This document shows positions 1 to 13,138 of a DNA stretch of 64,000 nt, piece after piece. Each line of letters starts with the position of its first letter. Position 1 is the stretch's first letter. Origin of the DNA: Harriotta raleighana (Eukaryota); NCBI GenBank assembly GCA_050575255.1, contig JBNZDD010013730.1, positions 5,882,015 to 5,946,014 on the forward strand. The letters are read 5' to 3'. Under the pieces are notes generated by a model. It did no database searches and was not told the DNA's origin. It saw only the letters and a list, made by a program, of their open reading frames with translations. Made by a program: the position numbers and the translations under genes.

Positions 1-1342
1 AAACTGACGAGAAAAACTAGGAGAATGAAGACTTCTCTTATGGCAAGGATGTTGATGTGATGACAATTTGAATGTGTTGTTTGTGTTCTGTGTATTTTTG
101 TGTGAGTTGAGTTTGGAGGAGAAGATAAATCAGAACTCTTGGCTAGGCTATCACTCATAAAATTACGTATTAACTACTTGAAAACCCACATATCCAGAAT
201 AGATTCGTCGATAGCTTTGTAAAGAATGGGGAAAGATTGATTTTCTGATCAAAACATTAACAGGCTTTTATTTTATACTCAAGAGAGTCAAGAATCAAGA
301 TTTCTGGTAGTATGCCTTTCGATTTGTACTGGAGTTGCACTTGCACTTGGAATTCAGTCAATAAACCTACATGTATTAATGTGTATGAATGTGTTGTTTG
401 TGTGTGAGTGTGTTGGGTGTGGGGGTGAGAAGGGTGGAACAATCATGCTGTCAAAAACTTCAAGGAACAGCTTTATGACATAGAGTGTTGAGGCTGCAAT
501 TGCCCACATACTGAGTCCTCATTCTTACCGTGTCACTGTGGGTGCGTCCTCCAGGAGATGGCAGGGACTACCTCACAGACACTGAAAGAAAACAACTTAC
601 ATTTGTACATAGCCCTTTTTATGCAAAGACATTTCAAAGTGATGGAGGGCAAGCCGCCATGAATCACTCATCTGAATCTCAGAGTGATTCCATTCAGGTT
701 AGGTTTCCCTCTGGTTATCAATTGAAGGATGTAGCTTTTAACTTGGATGCCTGGAAATTTCGAACATATAATAATAATTACAGTGTCTTTATATTTGGCA
801 GAGTGCCTTTCATGAATGGATATCTCAAAGTGCTTAAATGGATACATTTTAAATGGTATTGATTGTGTGTTTCAATAGAAGCCAAACAACCAAGTCTGTT
901 TTGTTTTTAGGCAGAAGTTGATTTACCTAATTTGCTTCCATAGAAGCCTTACAGTAATAAGGTTAAGATAATTACCTTGCAGTAATAAGGAAAAGTAAAT
1001 CTCAGGATGAAATCCAGGATCTCACTCCTACTTACATTTGTCTGTGCTCACTGTGAAGTTTTGAACCATGTAAACGGTGGAAAGACTAATTTATTTCACA
1101 GCAGTTTAGACAGAGGTTGAGTGTCAACTTGAACCTCCATAGTGGGAGATTGGCGCATTGACATTACAGTATAAGGAAGGGAAAATGTTTCTTATTTTAA
1201 AAGCTACAAAAATATAATAGCTGAGTTGTGATACTGTTCAGATGGCCCAGTCCCTTTTATACAATGGATTGTTTAGAAATAATTCCAGCAAGATTTCTAA
1301 TACTTGAGTGTGTGAGATGCAGATGCAAGATATCAATACATA

Positions 1343-1612
1343 ACTGCTCCTTAGATAGCCTCCATGAGCTCCTCCAATCCGGCTTCCGCACTGCATACAG
1401 CACGGAAACTGCTCCTTTCAAGGTCACAAATGATATCCTGACCATTTGTGACCAGGGCTCCCTCTGCATCCTCATCCTCCTCGACCTATCCTCCACCTTC
1501 AATAACATGGACCATTTGATCCTCCTCCACTGCCTCTTATCCCACCTAAACCTTCAAGGTTTTGTCCTTGACTGGTTTAGGTCTTATCTTTCACACTGTC
1601 TCCACTTTGTGT
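1343..1612 (+). mobile_element. L2 LINE ORF2 fragment (N-terminal part of reverse transcriptase)
   Basis: Translation LQSGFRTAYSTETAPFKVTNDIL...LILLDLSSTFNNMDHLILL...VLDWFRSYLS matches the L2 RT motifs QSGFR..HSTETAL and LLDLSAAFDTVDH. Confidence 0.93.
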
Positions 1613-2004
1613 CTACAAAGGATCGAATTCAAGATCCTCGTCCTCACTTTCAATGCCATCCAATCTTGCCCCTTCCTATCTCTCCGGGCTGCTGACGCCC
1701 TATCAACCTGTCGGGCCCCTCCGTTCGGCATCCTCCCATCTCCTCCATGTCTCCCGCAATCAGTGGGTCCGGGCTTTCAGCCTCTCTGCCCCTACACTTT
1801 GGAACTCCATCCCACAGTTCCTTTACCTTGCTTCCTCCCTTGCCTCCTTTAAGGTCAGTCTCAAGACCCTCCTGTTTGATCGTGCCTTCTGTTGCCCTCC
1901 CATCACTGCCCCTCCCCCATGCTCGGATCCCGACCCCCGAATGTTCAGCACCTTGGGAAGTCCTCTCGACATGAAAGGCGCTTGATAAATGTTATTGTTG
2001 TTTT
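1613..2004 (+). mobile_element. L2 LINE 3' end (ORF2 C-terminus, C-rich UTR, tail)
   Basis: QRIEFKILVLTF / LAPSYLSGLL...RAFSLSAPTLWNSIP...FKVSLKTLLFDRAF, then tail cagcaccttgggaagtcctctcgacatgaaaggcgcttgataaatgttattgttg; homologous to 60558-60931. Confidence 0.93.
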
Positions 2005-3574
2005 GGTCTTAATTTGCACAATAAATACTTTTTTAAAAATGCACTGGTACTTTGACCCTTCCCACGAGGTGGTAGAAAGCACAAACTTTGGCTTTAAGAA
2101 TGCCATCACTATAACACATGTTAAAGCTTGTCTCCTGAGTACATTACGGAACATATCCTGCAGTCTCCTCATCTTGTTTTCTTTTCACAAACACACAAAG
2201 GTGGTCCTGGGAACGCAAATAGGAATTGTGAAGTCTCTAAATATTTAACAAACCCTTTTTGTACTCAATCAAGTTGAAAATTAAATGGTATTCTGCTTGG
2301 GAGGATTTCATTTTGGCCAAAGCCATTAGCAGAACATTCGCTGTTATTCGTACAGCGTGTAATTCATCTTGACTTTCTCTTCCATTTGCCTTGAGGACAC
2401 ACCAGTTTAAAACTGTTCAGAACACTAGGCCATGCATAACAGGTAATCAGTCTAATTAAAGTCTGGAAGAAGGTTCAAACTAAAATATTGAAGAGCCGCT
2501 GACTTAACCTCAGTTTCAACCTTCTTGTGTACCCTGGCATCCAAAGTCACGGAAAAACATAAAATGAAGTGTATTTACTTCAATGTCAATTCAATATTAT
2601 CTGTAATTTACCTCATTTTACTTTGCATTACTGCAAAAGAATAACCTAATAATAAGCATAGCTTGAATCTCTCTTAATTTCTTTGAAATAATAGTTATTC
2701 TGTGTCAGGGAATCAATGTCTTATTACAAAGCTATTCAGGGACACAATGGACCTATTATTTCACAGAAGAGGAAATAATTTTTATGTGACTTAGTCGTGG
2801 AATATTCCTGAGAGATAAGTTTCAATATGTTATTAATTGGGGTCAGGACATGTGGCATCTTGTCCTGTGGCACAGTGAGAAGAGCACACAATCTGTGAGA
2901 AATACATCTGACATGTTCAAGTGGAGTCGGCCAGACTATGCTTACCAGCTCTGGGACTAAAGGTCAAGCTTCCTATAGGCACTGTTCTGCTGACCAGCAA
3001 AAGCAAAATGGAGCAGCAGTTTCACTCTACCCCAATTGTAATGTGGCCAAAGGGAGATACAACTCAGTCCAACCTGTTTTAGTCAGCAGCAGTGTTAACA
3101 GGCTCATTGCTGTGTGTCTCAGGGATGTGCTGATTTGTAAAGAACGTAAATGTGTGCCAGCCTAAAATGGCACCATTATGACTCGAATCTCATCTGCATT
3201 GATGTTTCTACATTCCCTGCTTTCTCCTCACTCACCGCAATGTCTCCCTCGAGTGCGCTTCCCATTCCTCGCTTATATTCTCACACCTCCCTCACAGCCT
3301 ACCATTTTTTAGCTAAATTCAAATTTCAAAGACGTCGACCTCACACCAACAATCACATGGATTGCATTTGCAAAACTCATCAGCAATTTAGTGCGGCTTC
3401 AAATATTCCATACACAATGCAAAATGGATTATGACAGTCTCAGCATAAACAAGGTATCCAAAGTCCCCCAGTATAAACTATTACCCATAAAAGCGGTATA
3501 ATGTTCCTCTGTTGATTTCAGTTCATAATTACATTGAAATATAGATCAGGGAGGTCACAAATTCAATCCACAAA

Positions 3575-3752
3575 TCAACTGATCACAACTTGGCATCAGT
3601 TGTGGCTCTCCAATTAGCTTCAGCCCTTCGGTGGTCTCGCTCCTGATTACTATCTGGTGACTTCTTATGAGAATCCACAGAAGTAGACTTTTGGTGAAGA
3701 GAGCATTGGGCTTTGCTATGGTAGCACTACTTCCATGGGTAAATAGCCTGCA
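3575..3752 (+). mobile_element. Highly diverged ancient SINE-like body
   Basis: ctcctgattactatctggtgac...ggtgaagagagcattgggctttgctatg...aaatagcctgc resembles a recalled old chondrichthyan SINE body; related reverse-orientation segments at ~5330-5420 and ~6190-6285. Confidence 0.4.
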
Positions 3753-4141
3753 AGGTTGATATGAGCAAAGTTCCATACAGTCACCTATACAGAATCTACC
3801 ACAGTATAAATCAGCACCCACAGAGCAGAGGGATAAATAAGAGAGAAAGCAAATAATGCAATAAATTCCATTCATTTTAGTAATGCATTAAAATGGTAAT
3901 CTTCCCAATCTCTGAATCATAGACATTTGTACCAGTTTAAAAGCTAGAATGTGAAATCACATTCTGTACCTTGAATTGTGTGGTCAAATAATATGGAGTA
4001 AAGGATGTCTGGCAGTCACTGGAGTCTAATTTACAGGATTCCTAACTTACAAATACCAAATGTGACCAACTCTTTAGAAATCTGGTTTGATGCTGGTCTC
4101 AGTTCCAACTAAAATCACTCACTTTCTAAATTGTAATATAG

Positions 4142-4248
4142 TAATAATCCTTGCATTGATATAGCACCTTCTCACGTCTTTGAGACATCTCAAAGCTCTT
4201 CACAGTGTATACTGTAAAGCTTAGCGACTGTACGTTTTTATGGACGAG
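4142..4248 (-). mobile_element. tRNA/L2-tail SINE, 3' fragment
   Basis: Reverse complement of the family tail (aataatccttgcattgatatagcacc...tcaaagctcttcacag) shared with the full copies. Confidence 0.85.
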
Positions 4249-4782
4249 TTCCCTCCCCTTCCAAGTGAAGTTCAGGGAATTCCAATTCTGAGTATCAGCA
4301 GCAACATATCTAGAATTCATTGGAAACAGTGACTCTCACGAGGTTAATGAAATTATCACACAAATCCAATTCAAATCACGTTGGAAATCACACTGGTTAA
4401 AGGGAGCCCCTGAAGCTGGCAGTAGATTACAGGATTGAAAATATTGCATGGTATTGTTAGCATTTACTATTAATTTGTTGGGATGCTATTATCCTGGTTT
4501 GTTTGGTATCTACTATGATGAATAGTGTAAGCACTGAGTGCTCTGCAGTGCTTGACAATATTCCGACGAAAGGATTAGGAACCATAATATCATTACTGCA
4601 GGTTTATCAATAAATAATTTGCAGTTGAATTTTCTGGGCCAGTACATATTATAAATAATAAAATATTGCAATTGTTGACAAACATAGTTTTCGGCATCAA
4701 AATTAGCCAACGGAAATTTGGTGTCATCAAAAGTTTAAAAAAATAAGTTTTCTCAATCTTGTTACAACGTCATTGCATTTGC

Positions 4783-5135
4783 AATAATAATAAATAATCT
4801 TTGCATTTAATGTAGCTCCTTATCACGTCTTTGAGATGCCTCAAAGCGCTTCACAGAATATTCGGTAAAGTCAATTATATTGTGGGATAAACACGGCAGC
4901 CATTTTACACAGTGATGTCCCACAAACTCATAGATTGAGTGACCAATTTATTTATTTATTCTTTTTTTGAAGGAATTATAATCCTCAGAAAAGCGATCTG
5001 CCAATCGACTAACACCCGGGTTTCTACTTACTGCTAAGTAAACAGAGGCGTGTGGAGTAAGGAAACATTTCACGCGGCTGGGAATCAAACCCAGTTTGTG
5101 AGGCGTGTGCTCTAACCACTGAGCTGCAAGACTCA
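4783..5135 (-). mobile_element. tRNA-derived SINE, near full length, long variant with extra ~60 bp internal segment
   Basis: tRNA head (gagtcttgcagctcagtggttagagc on minus), shared body and L2-like tail with (ATT)n; extra segment at ~4986-5046. Confidence 0.88.
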
Positions 5136-5574
5136 ATGGTTTTACAATGAGCATAACAACATTTTAAAGGAAACTAAACAAACATTTGAAGAGAAATAAT
5201 ATAACGCATTTCATTATAACACAGATTTATTCCTATTGCAGATATCCTGTAGCAACTACAATTGCTTCCCTCCCACTACAAAAACTGCATTCTGCAAATG
5301 ATCTGATAGCCTAGAAATCAGGACAGGTTTTAGTGCAAGAAGTCAGTGGGTAAATCCAATATGTCCAACCTCTGACCTCCCTACACTCATGTCCAAGATG
5401 CAGAAATGATGACTAGCGATTGTTTGTGAAAAGGCTGATTAAGATTTTTTGAACCCCAATTATTATGCTATAGTGAGGGGGGTGTACAAAAACATACCAC
5501 GTGATTAAACATAATGTAAAGATATAAAGAACTAAATTGATTGTGCATCAGCTACGACATCCTGTGCATACAGC

Positions 5575-5815
5575 AATGTCAGAACAGTGGGAATGGGTAG
5601 GAGGAGATCACATACTGAGCGAGATTGTAAAGGAATGTGAATATGATGGCAAAGATCGTACAATCAATCCGGCAGGGTAATGGCAGTGAGTGATACTTCG
5701 CCAGGTTGTGATTTGTGGTTGAGTAAAGACTGTGGAGTTTTGGGATGATTTGGAGCTGATGGAGGGTGGAGCGAGGAGGCTGGCTATGAGAATAGAGGAG
5801 CAATCTATTCTCAAG
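5575..5815 (-). mobile_element. Old degraded L2 ORF2 C-terminal fragment
   Basis: Minus frames give RIDCSSILIASL and STLHQLQII...HSLPLPCRIDCTIFAIIFTFLYNLAQY, comparable to L2 SRLDYCNSLLAGL..TLHKLQLIQN..LHWLPV..RIDFKIL. Confidence 0.75.
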
Positions 5816-8800
5816 GTAAATGGATAGATATAAACATCAGATGCATTAAGATGAAATAGTTAAATGTAACAGCAAATATTAATCCCACTTTGCTTCATAG
5901 AATTAATCCTAAAATGAAAAAGGCAAATGTTACAAAGCATATCTTAAGTTTTTTTCAGAGAGTGAATACTCTCTGTTCACAGGATTGTTTTCTATTTTTG
6001 CCACTCATATAATTCTCACTTCATGCTTATGTACAATAATATGAGATAACAGCAGTCAGTGTCAGACAAGTGATGGGGAAAAACAAGCATTAAAAACTCA
6101 TTCCAAATTAAAGTGAATCTTAATGGATTTTGACAAACCAGTGACAGTCATAATATAGTAAAGCAAAGCAAATTCCCTTTCACACCAGTTCAGCCCCAAG
6201 GGACGAGCTGCCCAAGATCCAAAGTCCAACCTCTGACCTCCCCACATTCATTCTTCTATGCACAGATGATTGGTAAGGCCACTGGGTTTGAATCACAAAT
6301 TAATGCCAACTCGCTACACTTCATTCATACAAATTCTTCTTTCAGAGTAAATGCAGAGCAGGCTATTGATTCACACATCTATTGAGGATACCTGGATAAT
6401 CTCATCAACTGCTGCTTGAGTCTATTTTAAATCCCCGTCTGCTGACAGACAGTTAGCTGAAATGCAATCTACCATCTTTGCTGACATTTTTCCCACCTAC
6501 TTCATTACACATTAGACCCCAGAAAGCCCTTTGTTCCAACACTTTCTCTCAGGGTCTTTGATCATTTCCTAGGAGGATAGTTGGTTTCCTGCAGATGAAA
6601 AACTGGTTTCATTTCCATTAAACCCATAGGCTTTAAAACAGCCTCTCCAGTTTGGCAGCAAAAGTGAAACCTCTGCTGGTTTATTAAAATTACAATATTC
6701 AAAAAGCAGTGGCAACCTGCTGCCGAGGCTTGTCACTCTGTCCTCCCACAGCTTAACAGCAAAACAAAAAGGTAGATGAATGGCCCTGGGGGAGGGGTGT
6801 ATTTTGTACAATATTTTAGCCTTGAATGATTGTTTTAGACACCCATGGTGCAGCCACACTCTTCCCTCCATTACCTAATGTCAGCTGTGAAAATCCATTC
6901 ACAAACAATTATGTCTCCTCTCATGCTGTTTTGGGAGCCAAGTGATTTTCGAGCAGTTTAATCTAGCACCAAAGCTCTTGAGGGAAAAAAAAACCCACTG
7001 TTTATGCAGGGGGAAGGGGGTATGGGGGCAAGATTGGGCAAAAGCTACATGGAAAGAAAACCAAAGCCAATTACGTAAATATATCAAACTAACCACTACT
7101 CTTGGTATGTAAAAAAAGCAAAGAACAGTGGAACCACTTTATTTATACAATTATTATATATTCTATACCTAATACTGTAACTGTATTAAAGTCATCCCAG
7201 GTAAATCCCATTCTGGTCAATTTTAATTGCCACAAAATTTGAAACACTAAGGAAAGTGAAATCCAATTTGTCTGCTTCTCCCTGTACTTTCCATAATGTG
7301 ACACAAATGGTATCATAAGAGAAAAATCTCTTTCATAGGTCAAACCCAAGATACAACCATGCAATCTACGCTGCTGACAATCTCCTGTTAGAAATAATAA
7401 TAGTGGTGGTTTCTGATTCTTGTCAGGGGGATTTCAGGGTAACTTCTGAACTTTGCTGAGCAGTGATATTTCTTCCCTCCTGACTCCAAAAGGGAGCCGT
7501 ACAGATAAATGTAGGGAGGACATCGGGCCGTAAAATAATTTGGGGGTTTACCAGCAAGTAATCACATTGTTTAACTTTCAGGTGGTCATTAGCCGGACAC
7601 GGGTCTTGCAACTTCACCAATTAATTTTTCTGATCCCGCACCCTCCACTTTCATGAGAACGTCACATAACAGATGGTGGCTTCAGGCCAGTATGTGCATG
7701 AGCAGCAAAGCCACTCGTGTACATACAAGCCCCAAACCGGTGAGGGACTTAATGCATGTCTGCAATTCCACTCTCACCATCTGTTATTTGGGATAAATTG
7801 TACAGGGAGCTTTTTTACTTCCATTGTTCCTGAAGAATTAGCAGCAACGTATTAGGGCGAGCGGGCTGTATAGATCAGGAGGCCATTTGTAATGCAGAAC
7901 AATGGGTAAGTGACATTACAGCAGCAGCAACACATTGGACCTTTCATGTTAGAAGATTGCAATTGGCATAAAGTCATCTGCATATTCTGACATAGGAACA
8001 TCTAATTTACAAGGATATGATTTTCATAAAATGGAGGGGAAGAAAGAAGCATGAATACATTATACTCTAAATGTAATCGCAAATTGCAGGACTAATTGAA
8101 TTGCCCTCAATACAGGAAATAAAAACCGAGATAGAGAGGCACAGTTTGCGGTCAGTCATTACATTTTATGGCTCAGTGGAGTAAAAAAGAACTGAAGCAG
8201 AACAAAAGGTTAAACAGTTTTGGAAATGGCTTAAAGTCACCATAGAAAGCATCAAATTAAGAAAAGGCAATTGCTCATTGTTCTCTTTACTGTGACCTTG
8301 TCAACTGACCAAAGCAGTGGAAAATAAATCCTCCCCAGTTATTGTCAGACTGGAGGAAGGATTCCAAAATTCTGCTTTGCACTTTATCATTGAACAAACA
8401 TGCAGATCGCTTTTACCATTGAAGCTGCTTTCTCATTCCTGGGGAAGGGAAGAATGTATCTCATTGGGGGTGGGAAACACAGAGAAAGAAGATGTTCTAC
8501 ATTTTGTGTGGAATGCTGGCAGTGTGAGCTACAGGGGGGAATGAAAAGGTTCTTGACCTACAGAAGGGTGGAAAGACACTTTAAAGTATTACCTCAATTT
8601 TACAAACACACATTTTTCTCTGTAGTAGAATTGTTTACTGAAATATTGCACAAAAGATATAGAATACCCACCGACTGCCATTGGTGCCCCAATCCCCACT
8701 GATATTAATTGCTCTACATGGATCTAAATTATAAAGACTTTGATGCTACAGTGAAATATAAAAGCAACCAGCCAATATAGGTGGTTTGTCACTTTCCTAG

Positions 8801-10661
8801 CTCTCAGAAATCACTGGTACTCTAACCTAATGATTGCTAAGATATACTTGGTGCTTTCTATTGTACAGCTATGTACTTGATGCTGGTAGAGTTATTTTAT
8901 ATTACACAAAAGCAAAATGACTATTTTAATTTTTGCTGCAAATCACAACTCTAAGAGGTCTGTTTTGGTTTATTGCTGTTAGTCATTATACATAAACCCT
9001 TACAGGATTAATAACTGGTATAGGAAGATAATATAGAATGGTGGATAAGCAGGTAGGAGCAGTTAAAATGCTGTGACAAAAGGAGGCACATTATAGCAGG
9101 TCTGGGATCAAGTTTTGATGTTTCTTCAAACTTACTATGGGTTGAATAGAGTCCGATACACACAACCATTTGTTTGGCTATTTATAGAGTCTCAAATGCT
9201 GGCACACATTGTAAATTGTGTCTAAAAATGTTTTTCCAAGGTAGAACTGAGCGTCGAATTGCCTTTAAGGAACTCATTAATAGGTGTCAGTGTGACATTG
9301 TTGTAATGTAGAAGGTTTGTGGGCCTCAAATCAACTGTCACATAAGCTTTCTCTTAGCCTAATGGGCCCCACAATATAATCACCAACCTGCAGAAACACA
9401 GAGGATTGGAGTTCATGTGACATCATAAACTACGAATGCAAAACTAACTGCTTAGGTAATTTATTTAAAACCTGTGATTTACTTTAGTAGCTATTACATT
9501 TGCAATTGATGCACTTTTTGCATTTCATCGGTGGTACATTAGAAATTAATGGTGACTCAAAGGCTGCCAGTGTTGCATGCAACAGAACTAGTTAGGCAAC
9601 TATGGCAGGCATGTAAGTTTGAATGCAGTAATTATCGGAATGGCAAATCAGCATCATAAGATCATTTGTGTTCTGCTGTTACATAGGTGATACATAGGTG
9701 ATTCATTGCCTCGTGTTATATTCTGAAGCTCTATTTATATTAGCAAGTCAGGGAGCAGGTGGGTACAATTTTAGATTTGGCTGAGATTTCTTTGTTCAAG
9801 ATTTTCTCCTGACCGCTTATGGCTGAATGTAATGGGCCACGTGAAACCAATCGACCTACACTGGTCTATAGTTTGCTTATGTTTTGTTGTCTGAATCTTG
9901 CCAATATGGATGGATTTTTAGTCATGGAGCAAAATCTTGATCCATAGAGCAAAAATCTCTTGCCAATGTTTCTAGATCAATGATCAACCTGAATTGCAGC
10001 TCCAACTTTTCTTTCTCTGAATAGCCTTAGAGATAATTAAAGTCTGTAGGCGGAAATGAGGAGTAGGTACTGGATAGCAACAGCCATGCAGGAAAGTGGG
10101 GAGGGCGTATGGAGACAAAGTGAAGAGCACCTAACAGCAACTTGTCTAACCATACATTTTCATCCATAAAGCAAAATAACAAAACTTGAGACATAATTAA
10201 TGAAATTACTCCCCTTTACCCACTTGCCCTTCCATGCCGTGACCCTGAGCCCATGTTTTTAAAGCAACGTGTTATATCGTCTGCATTTCTTCTGCCAGCT
10301 CCGTGTGTTTTCATTTGTCAATCGTTTGCTCAGGCAGACGACTGCTGCAAGATTAATACTCTGATCTGGATGCTGTATTCTGAACCAATTTTGAATTAAA
10401 ACATACTGTAAAATATGTCCTAGGTTTAGCTGTTGCTCCATATGTTTAAATAGGAAAGCTAATTATGACTTATTTAACTGTTGCTATGGTCATCCTGTTA
10501 TGAACACGTTGCATTAACAAGTTAGGGAATAGTGTGATACTGTTTGCTTTTTCTAGATGGTTACAATAATCAGAAATTGCGGTGAAGGAAACTGGAATGG
10601 AGTGTCACAAAATGTAGTGGCAATTAATGGAAGTAAAAGCAAAAGTCACTTTTTCGGGGTA

Positions 10662-10827
10662 GTATTCCCTTAAAAAAAAATTATAGTGATTTGCTCACTC
10701 AATCCACGACTGTGGGACTACAAAATATACAGTCAATTTGCTTAACAATATATTCTGTGAAGCATTTGGCGACATCTCAAAGACGTGATAAGGTGCTAAA
10801 TTAAATACAAGATTTGTTATTGTTGTT
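10662..10827 (+). mobile_element. tRNA/L2-tail SINE, 3' half with internal deletion
   Basis: aatccacgactgtggga...caaaatatacagtcaatt...tgtgaagcatttggcgacatctcaaagacgtgataaggtgct matches other copies. Confidence 0.8.
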
Positions 10828-11494
10828 AAGTTGAAAGTTTCCCTGGACATACACCACCAATTAAATGGAAACTTCTATTAAATAAATTGCATTTAAATAG
10901 TAGTCTTCAGCTTCATAGCTTATTTGAGCTAATGAACTCTGCAGCTTATTTGTCAAAGGAAGAAACTGATATTCAGAAGAAAATCACTGTATAGAAAGTT
11001 CACATTTTTAACACCAGTCGTATTTTATTGAAATCATTTAGAACTGCTGAAATGTTAAACACAGATATTTCAGATTTTCCTGATGGAAGGAGTAAAGTTT
11101 CCATCTTTAGAGACCTTGCATTTAAGATTGAGGGTGTTAAAACTTGAAATGTTCTATGACTCCCCTATCCCTTACCTGAAAAGGCAAGAGATGAATCTGA
11201 GAGAACAGGATGGTTTACGCTGAGCAGATTATTAACAGAATTAATGTGCAACTATCCAGCTAATTGAAACATCATAATTAACAGTTTACAGACTTGAAAT
11301 AAATGCAGTGCAAAGTGCAACAGACAGAAATAAAAACCCCCGAAAGAAAATAATGTGAAAAAGTAGTAAAACTAGCTCCCACATCAGAGTGAAAACTTTT
11401 TAATCACAGCACAGAAAAGAATAAGGGTGCTGCATCGGTCTCACCGAGTGTCAAAAGACAGTTTTGTTTGTTTAAATTCCACTTGCCTGTATAC

Positions 11495-11594
11495 ATAATA
11501 ATAATTCTTACATTTAATATAGTGCCTGATCACATCACTGAGATGTCCCTAAGTGCCTCATAGAATATACTGTATACCGTAAAGTGAATTGACT
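11495..11594 (-). mobile_element. SINE 3' fragment
   Basis: (AAT)n plus reverse tail, ending aaagtgaattgact as in other copies. Confidence 0.75.
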
Positions 11595-12173
11595 CTTCAT
11601 GGTGGAACACTGCCTTGCTTGCAGAAGATGGATGGTGTGCCAGCTTAAGCTTCAAACATAAACCCAGGACATCCCAGTACAAACATGCTTTCGAAACTCT
11701 GAACTGGAGTCAGCAACTGGGAATACAATATTTAATAGATGACAATGTGAACCTGCATTTAAATTTGATTTGCAAAGTACAACAGAACCACAACTGTTCT
11801 TGCTGCAGTTTGGAAGCCAACTTTCAATTTCACTGAAAATGTGCCAATTCTCCAACCTTCCCATCCCAATTAAAAACAACAAAACATGAATTTTGCCAAA
11901 TGTACTTCAATAATAATGTGGATTGTTTGAGATATTTATATTTAGTCGCTCACCCGCATGTTGGTCTCCCTGTAAAGACGATTGTGCAACCACCACTCAA
12001 GGTTGCTTTGTATGGTACTCTCTGATAAGTTGCCTGAACATCTGAGAGTGGTCTTGAATGAATGAGCCAACTTTGGAATTTCCTTCCCAGTAGAAAAGGA
12101 TCTTACCTCCACTCATTGTGTCCTCTATACAACGTGTTCTACAGCATCGGCTTTTGAACCTATGTGCCATCAC

Positions 12174-12226
12174 TAAATATTATATGTACAGAGGAGATGT
12201 AAATATTATATGGTACAGAGGAGATT
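12174..12226. repeat. ~26 bp tandem duplication
   Basis: aaatattatatgtacagaggagat followed by aaatattatatggtacagaggagat. Confidence 0.85.
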
Positions 12227-12899
12227 TCCTTGCAGAAAAGCAAAAATGCATTGATGCACATTGTTAAATAAATACCAATTATTTACTTGTAATTCTCTAA
12301 ACCATAAGGAATGGTAGGATGATGAAAGCTTTTACTGATAGATCATTTGGGTTTGCAATTATGAAAACCCTTTTTTTAACCTGGTATAGTTGGTATGTTT
12401 AATTGGCTCAGTTGTAAGCCACTAATGGCCTACAAGATCATACCTTACACTTTATAGGAAGTGAAAATGGGAGTTTATTCAGGAATCTCCCCAAAAAAGG
12501 CAGTTGGTCTGATCACCGGAATGTATCTCATTGATGCTTGTGATGCTCATCACAAAATCAGAAATCATATTTCGCAAAGAAGCAATGCATATGCTCTATT
12601 TATGTCACAAGACCTTTACAGAATATCATGCTAACTCCTGGGAATAAAGAAGGCACAATTGCAACTAACATTTTTTAGTTTGATTCGAAAAGGACACACA
12701 GTCATATTGTTATTCTCTGTTTCTCGCACCTCTGCCTTGTATTGTATTGTCAATGGATATTCTCCATCTCTCTAACCCATCTGTTCCTCTCATCTCAAGT
12801 AGGTCCATAGATCCCCTCCTTTTCCATCAGGAATAATCCAGTTGGATGGCAGTGGGAAAACACTTTCAATAACAACAATGAAATAGTGGAGTTTGATTA

Positions 12900-13138
12900 T
12901 GGTTTACCTGATTTTTAAGTAAAAATAATGCATCTGGAGTAATTGAAACAGAGCAGAGGAGGTAGCCAGACCTTATGAATTTAGTTCTGTTGTAAACTGT
13001 TCATTAAACCAGCTATTNGGTTTACCTGATTTTTAAGTAAAAATAATGCATCTGGAGTAATTGAAACAAACAGAGCAGAGGAGTTAGCCAGACCTTATGA
13101 ATTTAGTTCTGTTGTAAACTGTTCATTAAATCAGCTAT
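12900..13138. repeat. ~120 bp tandem duplication (2 copies)
   Basis: tggtttacctgatttttaag...cagctat occurs twice; the copies differ by a 4-bp indel and ~2 substitutions. Confidence 0.95.
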
